Assembly: GCA_000743035.1 (NCBI GenBank) | Contig: CP008936.1 | Coordinates: 480,001 to 512,000, forward strand | Length of the DNA: 32,000 bases | Direction: 5' to 3' | From: Candidatus Paracaedimonas acanthamoebae | GTDB lineage: Bacteria > Pseudomonadota > Alphaproteobacteria > Caedimonadales > Caedimonadaceae | Shown: positions 31,444 through 32,000 of the stretch, piece after piece | How positions within the stretch are numbered: the stretch's first letter is position 1 | Layout: each line of letters begins with the position of its first letter | Notes under the pieces: model-generated | Databases searched by the model: none | Seen by the model: the letters and a program-made list of their open reading frames with translations, nothing else | Told to the model about the DNA's origin: nothing | Position numbers and translations under genes: made by a program

Positions 31444-32000
31444 CGTCTAAATTATGCGGAAAGATGAAATTGCCCTTACGCATGAAATTTATTCAGAACA
31501 TTTAACAAAAATTAATGGTATCGACGTTTCTTATAGAGAAATAGATGTTATTGCATGCTTGGTAGCCTCTAAAACCCCAGGTGAAATAGCGCAGTTTTTA
31601 GATATTGATAAAAGAACTGTTAGCACTCATATCAAGAATATCAAGAAATCATTTAATCTAAATTCCACAAAACAAATTGAAGCTACTATTCGCAACTCAG
31701 ATAAATTTGAACTAATTCAAAATAAATATCTTCAAAGTTTATGCATCCGTGCAAAATTTGAATCACAACTAAAGAAATTTTCTCGTATTATAAAAGGCGA
31801 AAAAACCTTCTGTTATGAGTTTAATCAGCAAGACAAGAAAAATGTAAGCCTTCTTATTAATCAACTTAAAAGTCATTTAAAATATGCTGGAATTTCTGCA
31901 AGGGAAAAAACAACACAAGGCTATAAGCCTTTCTATGAGATCTTTCCGAGTGTAAATGAAGACACAAACTATACACTGTATCTTATTGCTCAAGGTTTAA
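31444..32000 (+). CDS. LuxR/GerE-type HTH protein, 5' part, running off the right window edge
   Basis: Open frame from the ATG at 31444 to the window end. SYREIDVIACLVASKTPGEIAQFLDIDKRTVSTHIKNIKKSF is a GerE-type HTH placed at the N-terminus. Confidence 0.6.

Noticed and set aside
1-32000. CRISPR arrays, rRNA genes, integron attC sites and retron- or DGR-type elements
   Set aside because: I saw no regularly spaced direct repeats, no reverse transcriptase and no rRNA-like conserved blocks on either strand.

Overview
Visibly AT-rich bacterial accessory DNA. The protein flavour (alphaproteobacterial-type LepB, Rpn nuclease, F-box, ProQ/FinO, many IS) suggests an intracellular or amoeba-associated bacterium; that is inference only. 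Two apparently identical (all ORF translations and spot-checked stretches match), inverted 2,854-bp copies of a nested IS sit at 581-3434 and 26997-29850 and bracket 23,562 bp of cargo. Each copy is an IS3-family element split at its A-run frameshift heptamer by a 1.6-kb IS110-family element. Every flank of both copies is a truncated gene: an IS2-like end, an IS982 fragment, a class-3 lipase and an IS256 fragment. The cargo, left to right: an IS2/IS407-like remnant; a 1,750-aa FAAL-ACP-C-A-PCP lipo-initiation NRPS with no release domain; an APH/choline-kinase-like protein with a signal peptide; lepB out of its usual context; a P4-type integrase beside an orphan 3' half of tRNA-Arg(ACG) flanked by short repeats (attP/attR-like); an F-box-like ORF with an in-frame stop; a GNAT with a signal peptide; an SRAP pseudogene; a frameshifted Rpn nuclease; a ProQ/FinO protein; a hairpin-rich probable RNA locus; and a CI/LexA-like repressor with back-to-back promoters. 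My top candidate for an undescribed system is a compact leftward module at 21327-25492. It has a 35-codon sORF with near-consensus promoter and SD, a long hairpin, an all-alpha ExxH protein, an N-terminally truncated ArgRS paralogue and a POT transporter. The second is the IS110 left end, which carries two homologous modules with 8-9-nt matches to its own target and donor junctions, as expected of a bridge RNA. All motif calls, alignments and coordinates were made by eye. No database search or folding was run.
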